Assembly (NCBI GenBank): GCA_032718475.1
Contig: JAUCBJ010008927.1
Coordinates: forward strand, 1-49,356
Direction of reading: 5' to 3'
Source: Nemertoderma westbladi
Lineage: Eukaryota > Animalia > Xenacoelomorpha
Length of the DNA stretch: 49,356 nt
Shown here: piece after piece, positions 10,600-21,300 of the stretch
Position numbering within the stretch: position 1 is the stretch's first letter
How the letters are laid out: every line of letters begins with the position of its first letter
Notes under the pieces: generated by a model
Told to the model about the DNA's origin: nothing
Databases searched by the model: none
Seen by the model: the letters and a program-made list of their open reading frames with translations, nothing else
Position numbers and translations under genes: made by a program

Positions 10600-13070
10600 A
10601 CGGCGTAGCGAAGGTGAGATGTACACCGCGGTATTTCAAAGCAGGAGAGATATTGTGTATTTGTGGTTAAGGGCGACCTGCAAACCCAGCAAGCGCACGA
10701 GACCTCGAGGCACCAGGATTTCTCGGCATAGCACAGTTTGTGGTGGAATCCGTTAGATACAAGATGTGCAGCGACACGGCTGACAGGTTCCAGTCAGGTT
10801 GGTCAGGGTAACAGTTACGTCTGCTGGGTTGTCTACTGCTTCCAGTATTGCTGTGGAAGAGGCAAACTTACTGATGCCCCACCAGACCTTCCAATAGAAG
10901 ACTCTGGCGCTGTCGGTACACATGATCCAGATGTGGGGTGTCTTCAGCCGGAACGAATAATGTGCAACCATAGGTTACTGCGTTGAAAACTACTGACGTT
11001 TGGCTGTCTCCATGGATTCAAAGGAGAAGTTTATTTTGGATGCAAGCCCCATAGTACTGGCAATTCCATTTTTGTACCGGGTGTTCCATAATGATTGCCC
11101 CCCCCCCCCTGGCCAGCTAAAACTGCCAGGCATGTACTTTAGTGTAATATATCATTCGAAAGATAATTTAATTCTGAGCTTACATGCAAAAATTTAGGGT
11201 CCAATACGAAAGTATAAAAATTTTATAGGCAATTCTTTAATAAACCTATCTTACTTTTCAATATTTGTGATTTAATCACAATTTAAAAAAAATATAATTT
11301 ATCCAGCGTTAGTCATCAGACTTTGCAGGTTGCAGCCCTGTTTAAACAGTTATTACTGCCTGACTTTTGCTGTATTGCAATATATTACAGTATTCAGTTA
11401 CCGGTATTAGTGTTTCTTTGGTAATTTTACTGAATTAGGCCTAACAGAAGTAATTAAAATGACAAGTTCCAGTGCAATCTTCGATGACTCTGAAGAAAAA
11501 CGTATGGTTGACAGGATCAGAGATGTTACTTTTAGAGAGGGTCGTGATTCTGTGGCATAATCAAACTGAACTCAAACCAAAACGGCCCTTTTAAGGGCCA
11601 ACATCCTTTGCCACTATCGAGGAGCTCCCCGTGCTGCAAAGGGGAAACATGGCTGTAAAGCTGATGACTAACGCTGGATAAATTATATTTTTTTAATTGT
11701 GATTAAATCAAAAATATTGAAAAATAAGATAGGTTTAAAGAATAGCCTATAAAATTTTTATACTTTTGTATTGGACCCTAAATTTTTGCATGTAAGCTCA
11801 GAATTAAATTATCTTTCGAATGATATATTACACTAAGGTACATGTCTGGCAGTTTTGGCTGGCCAGTGGGGGGGGGGGGGGGGGGGGGATCATTATGGAA
11901 CACCCGGTATAAGTGGTCATAGTTACCAGATGGGCCATTCTTGGTTGACAAAACAACTCCAAGATAATTACATAAAAGAGTTAACAAATTCCAGAGGTTT
12001 TCCGTCGTAAGTAAGGATATCACTATGAGAGAGTTGGCCACCTCGATGGAACTTCATTACTTTTGTTTTCTTTATATTTTACTTTTAGATCATTGTTCTT
12101 ATAATATGATTGTAGATTATCCAGAGCTTGTTGTACCATGTACAGATGAAATGGAGTTACCACATTACCAGATCGTTCGCATACATATAGGCCAAATATC
12201 CTGCCACTATTATAATGATTGGCAGGACCGCCACATATAGAATAAATAGGAGTGGTGATAGTTTATCACCTTGTATAATGCCGATTGTTTGGGTTATCGG
12301 CTCTAGAACATACGAGCTGAGACAGACACCGACGTAATTGACCACTATGAAGGCCCATATACTTGCTAGGAACTTCTTACTGATTCCAAGCCCCTATAAT
12401 TTCCAGCATAGCTTTGTTCTATTTATAGAGTCTAAACATTTCTGGAAGTCAATAAGGACACAATACAAGTGACCCCTAGATGGCTGAATTGATTATACAG
12501 TTATAAATGTGTTTTACCACCATTAGCGTCGAACGTTTTTTTCTGAAACCCAAATTGCTGCAGAGGGAGAATCTTATTGGTTTCTGCCCAGATATACAGT
12601 CGCGATGCGAGAATAGATGTGTAGGTCTTCAACAGGAAGGGTAGTAGGGTGACTCCATGATAACAGTCCGTAGACGATTTATCTCCTTTACCTTTCTTTA
12701 TATAAAGGGAGGAGGTAAGATGTGAGCCACACAACAGGGTATTTGCTTGAAGATAAACCTATATAGAATGATGCCAATAAGAATGGTAATAAATGGCAGA
12801 ACCCTGATTTCAGAATTGATCATATCAGATTGCGATTCCATCACCCCGATGGGCCAGTGGCTTCGTTAGGTTTGTTGTTGTTTACCACAGTCGTGACTTC
12901 CATGGCACTTATTGGGGAGTTCAGAGTTGGGTCGTAATTGTTGTCTGGCACATCCGGCATGTTTGGAGCTGGTCTTGCTGTGTGTAAAGGCTTTTGTGGG
13001 ATAACTGATTCGTTTGCCTTGTTGGCCAGTTCCCCCCCAGTCGCTAAGAATACTCTCAAAGTGATCTACA
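10600..13070 (-). mobile_element. Decayed non-LTR retrotransposon (LINE) RT, interrupted by a Tc1/mariner element
   Basis: Minus-strand fragments in LINE order: LNSPISAMEV..ATGPSG; KGKGD..YHGVTLL..QFGF; IIQGDKLSPLLF..MYANDLV; NYLGVVL; then past the insertion a C-terminal Cys/His region GFHHKLC..CACWVC. Many stops and frameshifts. Confidence 0.85.
11077..11907 (+). mobile_element. Non-autonomous Tc1/mariner element with ~245-bp TIRs and TA TSD
   Basis: TA|CCGGGTGTTCCATAATGAT... and ...ATCATTATGGAACACCCGG|TA, with long near-perfect inverted arms. Internal stub MTSSSAIFDDSEEKRMVDRIRDVTFREGRD* (11459-11560) is a probable transposase N-terminus. Confidence 0.92.
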
Positions 13071-13074
13071 GCTA

Positions 13075-14177
13075 AAAATAGTGCAAGTTACCAGCTTATT
13101 GGCTGATTTGCTGTACGCAGGCATCTGGGCTCTGTTTAATCGGCCAACAAGCCTAGGGAGGTTGCGTCATAGCCTTGTTTTTGTATCTCCCAATAGAATT
13201 TTGAGTTAGCCTTGATTTTGACCAATCACAGAGTACTGAACTGAAAATTTCCTATCTCACTGCTCTTTCTCTGTGTTGAACGGGAGCTTCGTGGAATAAG
13301 AGTGGTTGGTATACTCGTATAGAGCAGTAGTCACGAGTTTTTCAAAGCCACGAAAGAACGGCTTTTAGTGTTTTATGTTTTATGCTTTTTAGCTCAACAC
13401 TAGTAGGTTTAATTACAAGGACATATATCCTTTAACTGACGAAACAAACACTCTGCAATTTCGTAATCACTGCATACTGCAGTACTGCATAACTGGCTTT
13501 GTGAATATTGCATACTGCTATTTGTTGTCGGTTATTCATTATATTTGTTGATGAATTATTATATTGGAATAACGAGAAATAACCCCGACACCCAATATTC
13601 TTGATATACCGAAGGTAAGAGAGAAAGGTTACAGATAAACGATTGTGACTTATGTTAAAGTGGTTTGAAGTGAATCTAATGTTATTTGATAGACCCTACA
13701 TGAGTCAGTCTGTGTTCCTTTTATATGTGACTAAAATCAGTGAAGATCGGCAGATTAGTGTGCAGTATTGTGCAGCATTGTGTATGAGTGAGTCTGTTAA
13801 AGAAGCATTCCTAAAGAATGCGCCATATATGTGAATTATAATTAAGCCATATCGTTGTGAGTAGTTTAAGTCATAACTCTGTTTATGTAGATAAAGCGCC
13901 ACGTCCTAAAGGAACTGTTAATATTCCCGAAGGTAAATAATATTGTCAGAGATTATATAATACTGTCAGTCGAATAATACATTAGGCTTACATAGCAACA
14001 AAATTAAACCGTCGAACCCAATCTCCCGGGAATATCCAGCGGGTGAATGGTCGCGCACGGATTGGTTTCGACTAGTGTAGTGAATCAAATACTTGTCATA
14101 GGCTAAAAAGCGATTTAATATCTAGAAGACATCTTAATTTGGCGGGTTAAACTGCCAAAGGTCTGAAAGCGCGAACA
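13075..14177 (+). repeat. 5' LTR (start uncertain; U3 part divergent or truncated)
   Basis: From ~13550 it aligns by eye at ~90-95% identity to ~24090-24719 and ends ..CTGAAAGCGCGAACA. Similarity is patchy from TTGACCAATCA (~13218) and faint further upstream. Confidence 0.8.
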
Positions 14178-14189
14178 TTAAAGGATATA
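14178..14189 (+). promoter_or_regulatory. PBS position, non-canonical (TTAAAGGATATA)
   Basis: Directly follows the LTR CA and has no TGG. It is the exact reverse complement of TATATCCTTTAA at 13424-13435 in the 5' LTR. Confidence 0.5.
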
Positions 14190-14473
14190 GCTTCTTTGTT
14201 GCAGTAAGCAATAAAGTTGAAAGTACCGGTCAACCGGTAAACCTGAACCGGTACATTCTGTAGGTCAGTAGGCCTAACTGTTCTAACCGGTACTTCAGTA
14301 TAAGTACACTAGTATTATTCGATTTGATTGTTGTATACCGGTAGGCTGTTTAGGGGATTAGGGATTGATCACCCCTTATACCTTTATATGGTTTACTTAT
14401 TTCTGTCAAGTTTTATTTATTTGTAGGCCAGTATTGAACAGAAGGCGTGTAAGCCTGATCAGATAGTACAGAC

Positions 14474-15045
14474 GATTTGTAGGCTGAGCTGTTGTCTGAT
14501 TGCTGTTAAGTCCGAACGAATTGCAGTGTGTGTAGATCACCTGTCCGATTAAGTACGATTAGGCAGTAGGGGCAGCGAACGCTGTAAGGTAATCCCCCAA
14601 CTAAAGAATAAGTCGCACTACTGGGTTAGAGCGCATACTCCCTAATCATTTCGGAGTCTGCATGTCCTGTGGTTTATTTAGGCTTGAGAGTGGTCTGCCA
14701 TCGTTTAGTCTGTACTTTGTTTGTGTAAGTCTGTACGGGTAGCGTATAATTTTATTTAGATAATTTGTAGGCTGGATAGTTGTCTGGCTGTTATTAGGTC
14801 TGAACGGATTGCCGCGTGTGTAGATCATCTGTCCGATTAAGTACGATTAGGCAGTAGGGGCAGCGAACGCTGTAAGGTAATCCCCCAACTAAAGAATAAG
14901 TCGCACTACTGGGTTAGAGCGCATACTCCCTAATCATTTCGGAGTCTGCATATACCGTAGTTTGTTTAGGCTTGATAGTAGTCTGTCAGTGTTCGGTCTG
15001 TATTTTGTTTGAGTAGTTTGTACGCGTAGCGTAATATTTATTATT
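14474..15045 (+). repeat. Tandem duplication (period 288) in the element 5' UTR with an identical ~123-nt structured core
   Basis: 14541-14663 is identical to 14829-14951 while the flanks are visibly diverged. Confidence 0.9.
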
Positions 15046-15979
15046 CAGAGTTTATGCGATTATCCGCAACATTCATTCCCCAAGTTTGTTCCTACAGTAA
15101 TTGTGTTTGTTATACATACCGCTATAGTTAAATTAACCCCGGTACTACACGGGCTGCTCGGCGTAGGTAAAGACTGGTGATTTTGTGCATCGGTCACTCC
15201 AGCAGATGCCGTGGTTCTTTTAGCTGTTCAAGTATATTTAACTACTGATTATCTGTTGTACAAGTACTCGTACCTAATTTAGGGTTTAGTGTACAGTACT
15301 TTCCGAAGTAATTAGTGTAGACATTATATTTGTGTTGTAAAGTGGTTGATAGGCACATTCGATTAGCTCTATTAACTTCTAGGTAGGAACACTCCGTGAT
15401 ACATAACGTAGAACCTATAGCGATACGGCTATAGGTCGTCAGGCGGTGGTATTTTCCTATCTAGACAACGCAGTGTATTTACTACTACTTATTATTTCAA
15501 ATACCGTAGTACCCTGTCCGTTGTAATAACCGGTTTCTAACCCTTTGTTAGGCTGGTTTGTAGACTTCTTGTAAAATTACCCTAAAAATTCGTATTTTGT
15601 GTTTTTTGTAAATTTTTGTGTTTATTTAGAGATTGTAATCTCAACCCGAATTGTACGTAATTTGTAGTATTAAGTAACTTAGGTAAATTAGAATTATTTG
15701 TTTTAGTGTCCTATACGTAACACTTCACTGAAAGCGCACCGCTTTGTGTAGTGATTACTCCCCAGAAATAATAACATTTATTTCAAACATTGACAAAACC
15801 CATTAAAACGGGTATATATATATTATAAATCAACTCAAACGATTTATAAATAGTAGGCCTGCCATACAACAATTAGGTCTCAATATCAGTTGGACTACTG
15901 CTCAAATAACGGTAATAAAGTAAGTTAAAGTAACCAAGTAACCCTTAAAATTCAGAAATTCGATTATTTAAAATAATTG

Positions 15980-16240
15980 ATATACCGGTATTTACAATAG
16001 GCTTATTATATTTATTTCTATAAATTTTAGGTTGAAATCATACCGGTACTCTGTAATTAATTCTAGTCTGTCAGTATACTTATATATATACACTATAAGT
16101 GTAAGCTGCATACCGGTATTCACGATAGGCCTATTATATATTTATATATATTTGTGCTAAAATTATACCGGTATTCGGTGATAAACCTAGTCTGTAATAA
16201 TAGTATATATACTATAAGCATACCGGTATTCTAATATATT
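15980..16240. repeat. Diverged AT-rich repeats each carrying ATACCGGTA, just upstream of the gag start
   Basis: The TACCGGTA palindrome occurs at ~15983, 16041, 16111, 16166 and 16221 with alternating similar flanks (period ~125-130). Confidence 0.55.
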
Positions 16241-16364
16241 ATATATATCACGCTACACTGAGTAGCAGTACCGGTAATTAATTACTAGGCTAGCAGTTAA
16301 TACTGAGTTACTAGACTTGCTCAGACTGTAATACAGCAGTAGACATTCAACTGTATACATAAGC

Positions 16365-19300
16365 ATGTCTGACGCAAAGCAGAACCTGTCAGACAGTCTA
16401 CTAGATACAACCGAGAGCGAAGGGACAGCGGAGGGGCCGCGAAAGAGAGATGCCATTGACATCTATCTGTCAGACTATCAACGCTTTGTAGGGGACAAAG
16501 AGTTGAGGAGAAGGCTGGAGGGGCTTAGCCCTAATAGTGAAGGAACCAAGCTTGTGCTGGACGCAATCGATGCGGAAATGTTAGCGGCGAACCAAGCTAA
16601 ATTTGATGAACAACTCCGCATCATACGAGTCCAAGAAGAGCAAGTAAAGAAAAAACTTATAGAAGACAGAAAGAAAATAGCAGCAGCAGTGGCAGCTGCA
16701 GAAGCAGAAAGAAAAGCGACAGTGGCAGAAGCGGAAAGAAAGGCGGCAGTGGCAGCAGCCGAAGCGGAAAGAAAAGCGGCAGAGGCAGTGGCAGAAGCAG
16801 AACGGAGAGCGACTGAAGAAACCACCCAACTAGAATTGGAATACATTCAGGAGAATCAAGACTGCATAAATAAACAGTTAACAGCTAGTAATATGCAGAT
16901 GATGAATCGATCTACTCCCAAAAGACAGGGATATACATCATCTGAGGAAGGCGATACCACCGATACTGAAGGCAAAAGAAATAGATCTCACCTAAGCAGA
17001 CGTAAAAGAACATCCTACCGTCAGAAATTGCCTGATTTGCCTCCAGCTGTTAGAAGGCAACTAAATAACACCAACTTAGGTAGTACAGAGCCCACAGACC
17101 AAATAATTACAATAGAAAGACTCCCTACTATAGTAGATGAGCCTGAAATAAGTAGGCCTGTTCTTGAAATCACCCCTTCGGTAATAGATACACCTGTGCT
17201 CCCTGAAGCTACCTATAAATTCCCTCTGCATAGCACTAAGCTACCTGTGCCCCGTAGAACTGCCCAGGAGACAGTTCAGGTCCTGGACCCCGAGCGAAAT
17301 ATTCCAAATTTGTCGCCCGTTGTCCCTCGTCTGCCCGCTACGACGTTGGCGGATCCCGTTTCGGCGGTTGATTGGGTAGACGAGAGACGGCGGGGGATGG
17401 ATATTCTCCTCGGAGAGATGAAGGAGAATCGGATACGCTCCTCCCAACAGGTCCGAGAGTTGGAAGGGACTGTCCAACATTTAAAGGGAACAGTGAGGGA
17501 AAGTAAGTTAGAGTTGCAAGAAGTGCAGCAAAATATCGCGCTAGAGCGCGATAAATTAGTAAATTTACAAAAGGGTATACCACCACCCCCTGTAACAATG
17601 TGTCAACCCGTTAGGTCTGAAGTATCTCATGCGCAAGGTGTGGAGCCTACACGCATTTATACTGCTAGCGAAGTAGAAACTCCTATAGTGAACCCTATTA
17701 AGGGTAATTATAGACCTGTTGATAATGATATTCCCTATAGAACTGATCATAATCCGAGAAATTTATATACCGATAACTCGATATTAAATAACACGATGGC
17801 CCAAGAAAGTTTTACGCGTCAAATGGCTAGAACCGAAGCCCGGCAAGCGGTAAAGGTGGGAGAGATCGTCAAGTTCAATGGAGATGAGATGAAATGGTTA
17901 CCTTTTAATGAATATTACAAAGATAACATACAGAACTCTGTACTATCTAATGGAGAGAAACTTAGATTCCTCATCGAGTGTTTGGAAGGATCTCCCAAGT
18001 CAATGGCGTTAAAATTTATTGGACATCCAGATGGATTAAGACAAGTTTGGGATACACTAAACATCAGGTATGGTAATAGGACTAACATAGCTAGGTATTT
18101 ATATGCGAAATTAATGGCGCCCCGAAAGTTTCTTAGCAGCGGGATTATAGAGTTTTCCGATGAGATTCAGGAGATCTGTAGACAACTAGATTGGTTAGGT
18201 AAGTCTCATGAATACCAGAATTCTATGGTTGTAGGAGCCTTAGCATCTACTTTGCCCAAGGGTGGAGTAGGTACACGCTGGGACAAGAAGGTGTTATATA
18301 TGATGGAACAACAACGACGAGACCCTACCATGACTGATCTCATGTCATTCTTAGATAGAGAAGTGAAATTACAGCTCCTAAGGCAGTCCAGAGAGAAGAC
18401 ATTGGAAAACAAGGTAAGTGAGAAACCCGTTTCTAGGAGAAGGGTAACACCAGTATGTTATACCGACGACGGTGAAAGCCAAACTTCTCAAGGAGAGGAC
18501 AGCGGGAAAGACACTGACAGATCTTATTATGTCAATAAAATGCCTAAAGATCAGGTAAGTAAATCCGAGTCTCGACCCAATGACAGAAGGGAACCGGTAC
18601 AAAAAACCCTTCCTACGTCTCCTAAAAGAATTCAGGTGAGAAAGCCCGAGGAAAGAACAAGTGTGCACCACATAGCACAGGTTAAAGTAAGTAACATCAA
18701 GCCGAAATGTGTGCTGTGCGACGGGCCCCACCGTTTAAATGCGTGTGATAAATTCCTGAGGAAATCACTAAAGGATAGACGTGAAGTCATGTGGGATAAG
18801 CGGTTGTGTTATAATTGCCTCAGACGAGGACACCAACGGCGAACCTGTAACTCCGACGCAAGGTGTGCAAAGTGCGGCGCAAAACATCATATCTTGTTGC
18901 ACACGGAATTCGAACGAAACAGCCCGAGTCAGGTAAGTGAGTCCGAACTACATGTCCAATTCAGTGATGTGAACGACACTGATCAATCTGAGATGGAAGG
19001 ATTCTATACGGACGAGTTCTCCGACCAAAACGAATCCTGTTACCTAATAAACACCACCGCAGTGTATCGAGCACTCGTGTATGAGAAAGACACAGACAGC
19101 GACCTTACCTTAACTACTTCCGATCAACAACCATCTTGGAAAGCGCCAACTTCCAATATAGGAATCCGAGAATTTCCTGTAGTCCAGTTACGGGTCCACG
19201 GACCTCAGAAGAGCTATATAGTGAACGCCCTCCTGGACTCCGGTAGCACAGGAACATTCATCGATAAAGAACTAGCCGAAGTCATCTTTGCTGGACAACC

Positions 19301-20447
19301 CAAGTTCCGAACCAAGCTAAACATGTCAGGGATCATGCAGGTTTGGAATTCTACTGTAGCTGCCGACTATTATATAGGTGAGTTGTCCACCCCCCAGGAC
19401 GAACTAGGAGAACATAGCATCAGGTCAGTGAAAATGGTGGCTATAAAGAACTTCGCTACTACTCAAGCAGACCTTTATAATTGGGACGAGGATGAGAGCA
19501 TCCAACATCTTAACATACCTCGATTCCAGACTGATTATCCTGGAGTGCAAATACTCATCGGCCAAAACGCGCATGAGGCGCTGGAGACATTAGAGAAACG
19601 GCCTGCTCAACCGCAGCCACTACAGACCTATGCGGTAAGAACTAGAGTAGGTTGGTACCTTACTGGACCTTCCCGTAGAACGCTCAGGGAAAGACTGCTT
19701 CAAGATCGCGTCTGCCAGGTGAGTGAATGGGAAGATGATACTAGTGAGGGAGACGACCCAACTGAGGGAACACCACACTCCTCAGATAATGACAATCTTA
19801 GCTCCAATGTAGATCAATGGAGATATTGCCCCAAGAAGTTTAATCCAACGGACATCGCTTCCAGAGGAGCAACTCCTCAAGAACTGACAGATACTATAGA
19901 CCGGTTAGGTGAACCCGACTTCCTGAGTAAGGAGAATGAATGGCCTCCCCATCTTACTCCGACTGAGATTAGACCAGCCAAGGGAGCGGAGAAAGTCGAA
20001 CCTGAAACCCGGACGGGTGGATCGGAGTTATTTGAACCCGGGATAGATCTGTCGGTATTACATGTTGCCAGGGACGACGCCGTGGATCTGGGCCTCCCCT
20101 CCGCGAGTGGATCCTTCATGAAGATCAGAGAGAGCGATTGGAGCTCTGGAACATCAGACGTCTCGCAGGGACTCTCACCTCTCCTGCAGAGAGCGACGGA
20201 CCACTATAGCTCCTGGAATCGGCTTTGTGACGCCGTCATATACTTTGAGCGATGTTTCTATCGTCACTATTCCAGGACGAAGAGGAAACCTGGAATTGTA
20301 TTCAGGATGCAGCGACTCAATCACCCAGTCGGTCGTTTGTGTTTATCGGAAGGGAATGGAGGACTCTCCGGAAACTGTGGAAGGCAAGATTCTCTTCCCA
20401 CGACCACCTCCCTAATCCTTCAAACATCTAGGGACTCCATAACGTAA
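16365..20447 (+). CDS. BEL/Pao Gag-aspartic protease polyprotein lacking RT, most of RNase H, and integrase (1360 aa)
   Basis: Ala-rich AAAEAERKA repeats; DUF1759-like capsid region (KFNGDEMKWLPF..EKLRFLIECLEG); CVLCDGPHRLNAC / CYNCLRRGHQRRTC / CAKCGAKHHILLH; protease ALLDSGS..ILIG..TRVGWYLTGP; an acidic linker; then QWRYCPKKFNPTDIASRG, PDFL..WP and YSSWNRL. No YVDD or integrase HHCC/DDE motifs. Confidence 0.92.
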   Translation: MSDAKQNLSDSLLDTTESEGTAEGPRKRDAIDIYLSDYQRFVGDKELRRRLEGLSPNSEGTKLVLDAIDAEMLAANQAKFDEQLRIIRVQEEQVKKKLIEDRKKIAAAVAAAEAERKATVAEAERKAAVAAAEAERKAAEAVAEAERRATEETTQLELEYIQENQDCINKQLTASNMQMMNRSTPKRQGYTSSEEGDTTDTEGKRNRSHLSRRKRTSYRQKLPDLPPAVRRQLNNTNLGSTEPTDQIITIERLPTIVDEPEISRPVLEITPSVIDTPVLPEATYKFPLHSTKLPVPRRTAQETVQVLDPERNIPNLSPVVPRLPATTLADPVSAVDWVDERRRGMDILLGEMKENRIRSSQQVRELEGTVQHLKGTVRESKLELQEVQQNIALERDKLVNLQKGIPPPPVTMCQPVRSEVSHAQGVEPTRIYTASEVETPIVNPIKGNYRPVDNDIPYRTDHNPRNLYTDNSILNNTMAQESFTRQMARTEARQAVKVGEIVKFNGDEMKWLPFNEYYKDNIQNSVLSNGEKLRFLIECLEGSPKSMALKFIGHPDGLRQVWDTLNIRYGNRTNIARYLYAKLMAPRKFLSSGIIEFSDEIQEICRQLDWLGKSHEYQNSMVVGALASTLPKGGVGTRWDKKVLYMMEQQRRDPTMTDLMSFLDREVKLQLLRQSREKTLENKVSEKPVSRRRVTPVCYTDDGESQTSQGEDSGKDTDRSYYVNKMPKDQVSKSESRPNDRREPVQKTLPTSPKRIQVRKPEERTSVHHIAQVKVSNIKPKCVLCDGPHRLNACDKFLRKSLKDRREVMWDKRLCYNCLRRGHQRRTCNSDARCAKCGAKHHILLHTEFERNSPSQVSESELHVQFSDVNDTDQSEMEGFYTDEFSDQNESCYLINTTAVYRALVYEKDTDSDLTLTTSDQQPSWKAPTSNIGIREFPVVQLRVHGPQKSYIVNALLDSGSTGTFIDKELAEVIFAGQPKFRTKLNMSGIMQVWNSTVAADYYIGELSTPQDELGEHSIRSVKMVAIKNFATTQADLYNWDEDESIQHLNIPRFQTDYPGVQILIGQNAHEALETLEKRPAQPQPLQTYAVRTRVGWYLTGPSRRTLRERLLQDRVCQVSEWEDDTSEGDDPTEGTPHSSDNDNLSSNVDQWRYCPKKFNPTDIASRGATPQELTDTIDRLGEPDFLSKENEWPPHLTPTEIRPAKGAEKVEPETRTGGSELFEPGIDLSVLHVARDDAVDLGLPSASGSFMKIRESDWSSGTSDVSQGLSPLLQRATDHYSSWNRLCDAVIYFERCFYRHYSRTKRKPGIVFRMQRLNHPVGRLCLSEGNGGLSGNCGRQDSLPTTTSLILQTSRDSIT

Positions 20448-20976
20448 CAACATATGGAGTGGGTGTGTGACTCTATTATTTTATATTATTTTATTATTTT
20501 TATATTTATGTATGTATTACTATGTAATTCTATTATAATCGTTTTCTTTAATTTTATTCAGTAGAATGTTATTTTAGCGATTATTTAGTAGATTAGTGCA
20601 ATATATATTCGCGTTTATTACTTAATTACGTATATATTATATTTAATGCGACGGCAAGAAATAATTCTTTTCCTCTCTTCCTTACTGTCCGTATTACATT
20701 ACAAATACGTAACTACAGTAAGATGAAATGTCCGTACTTATTAAAGTACAATAAAGCCACTACTATATTTAAGTATTATTGGTAGGCAGAGTATTAGGAA
20801 TGCAAAGTTCAGATCCTCGTGTCTCGGCTAAACCAAGCTCTGGGTAGACCTTGGAAACGACTTGCCTCTTCACACTGACATTGCTTCGTGCGATATTGCT
20901 CTCATACCGTATATTAAATAATACATATAGTAGCGTGATGTCCCTTTAACAGTAGCGTATAACGCAAAATAAATCT

Positions 20977-21300
20977 GTTAAACCCTTTGACCATCTGTAA
21001 TTCTAGTCGATTAAGATATCGCGGCACCCACCGATATACTTGAAAGACAAATTCTAGAATCAGTGGTTAACGTCCCCAGACAAGTTCTGGAATAAATCGG
21101 TGCCCATCTCAAATATTAATTATTTAATATTTGCAAATCTAATAAATCAAAATCTGTAAAATTCAGATCCTTCAACAATTCTAGTCAATTAAGATATCGT
21201 AGCATTTACCGATATTCTTAAAAAGACAATTGTCATAGAATTAAGGATCTTGTGTCCCTAGACATGTTCTAGAATCAAAATATGTCCATTTAATTATCAA
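20977..21300 (+). repeat. Diverged tandem duplication (~180 bp), each copy forming a long hairpin
   Basis: AATTCTAGTC.ATTAAGATATCG..CGATAT..CTT.AAAGACAA..TAGAAT occurs at ~20999 and ~21177. Confidence 0.7.

Noticed and set aside
11000-12041. Two similar ORFs (LYRVFHND..PPPP..LSLHAKI) on opposite strands
   Set aside because: Both are translations of the inverted terminal repeats of the Tc1/mariner element.
13652-13902. Short ORFs duplicated at 24181-24444
   Set aside because: They lie within the LTRs, and a 1-bp indel between the copies changes frame, so they are not conserved as proteins.
16478-20119. Minus-strand ORFs overlapping the Gag-protease ORF
   Set aside because: Antisense shadows of the real ORF and its Ala-rich repeats.
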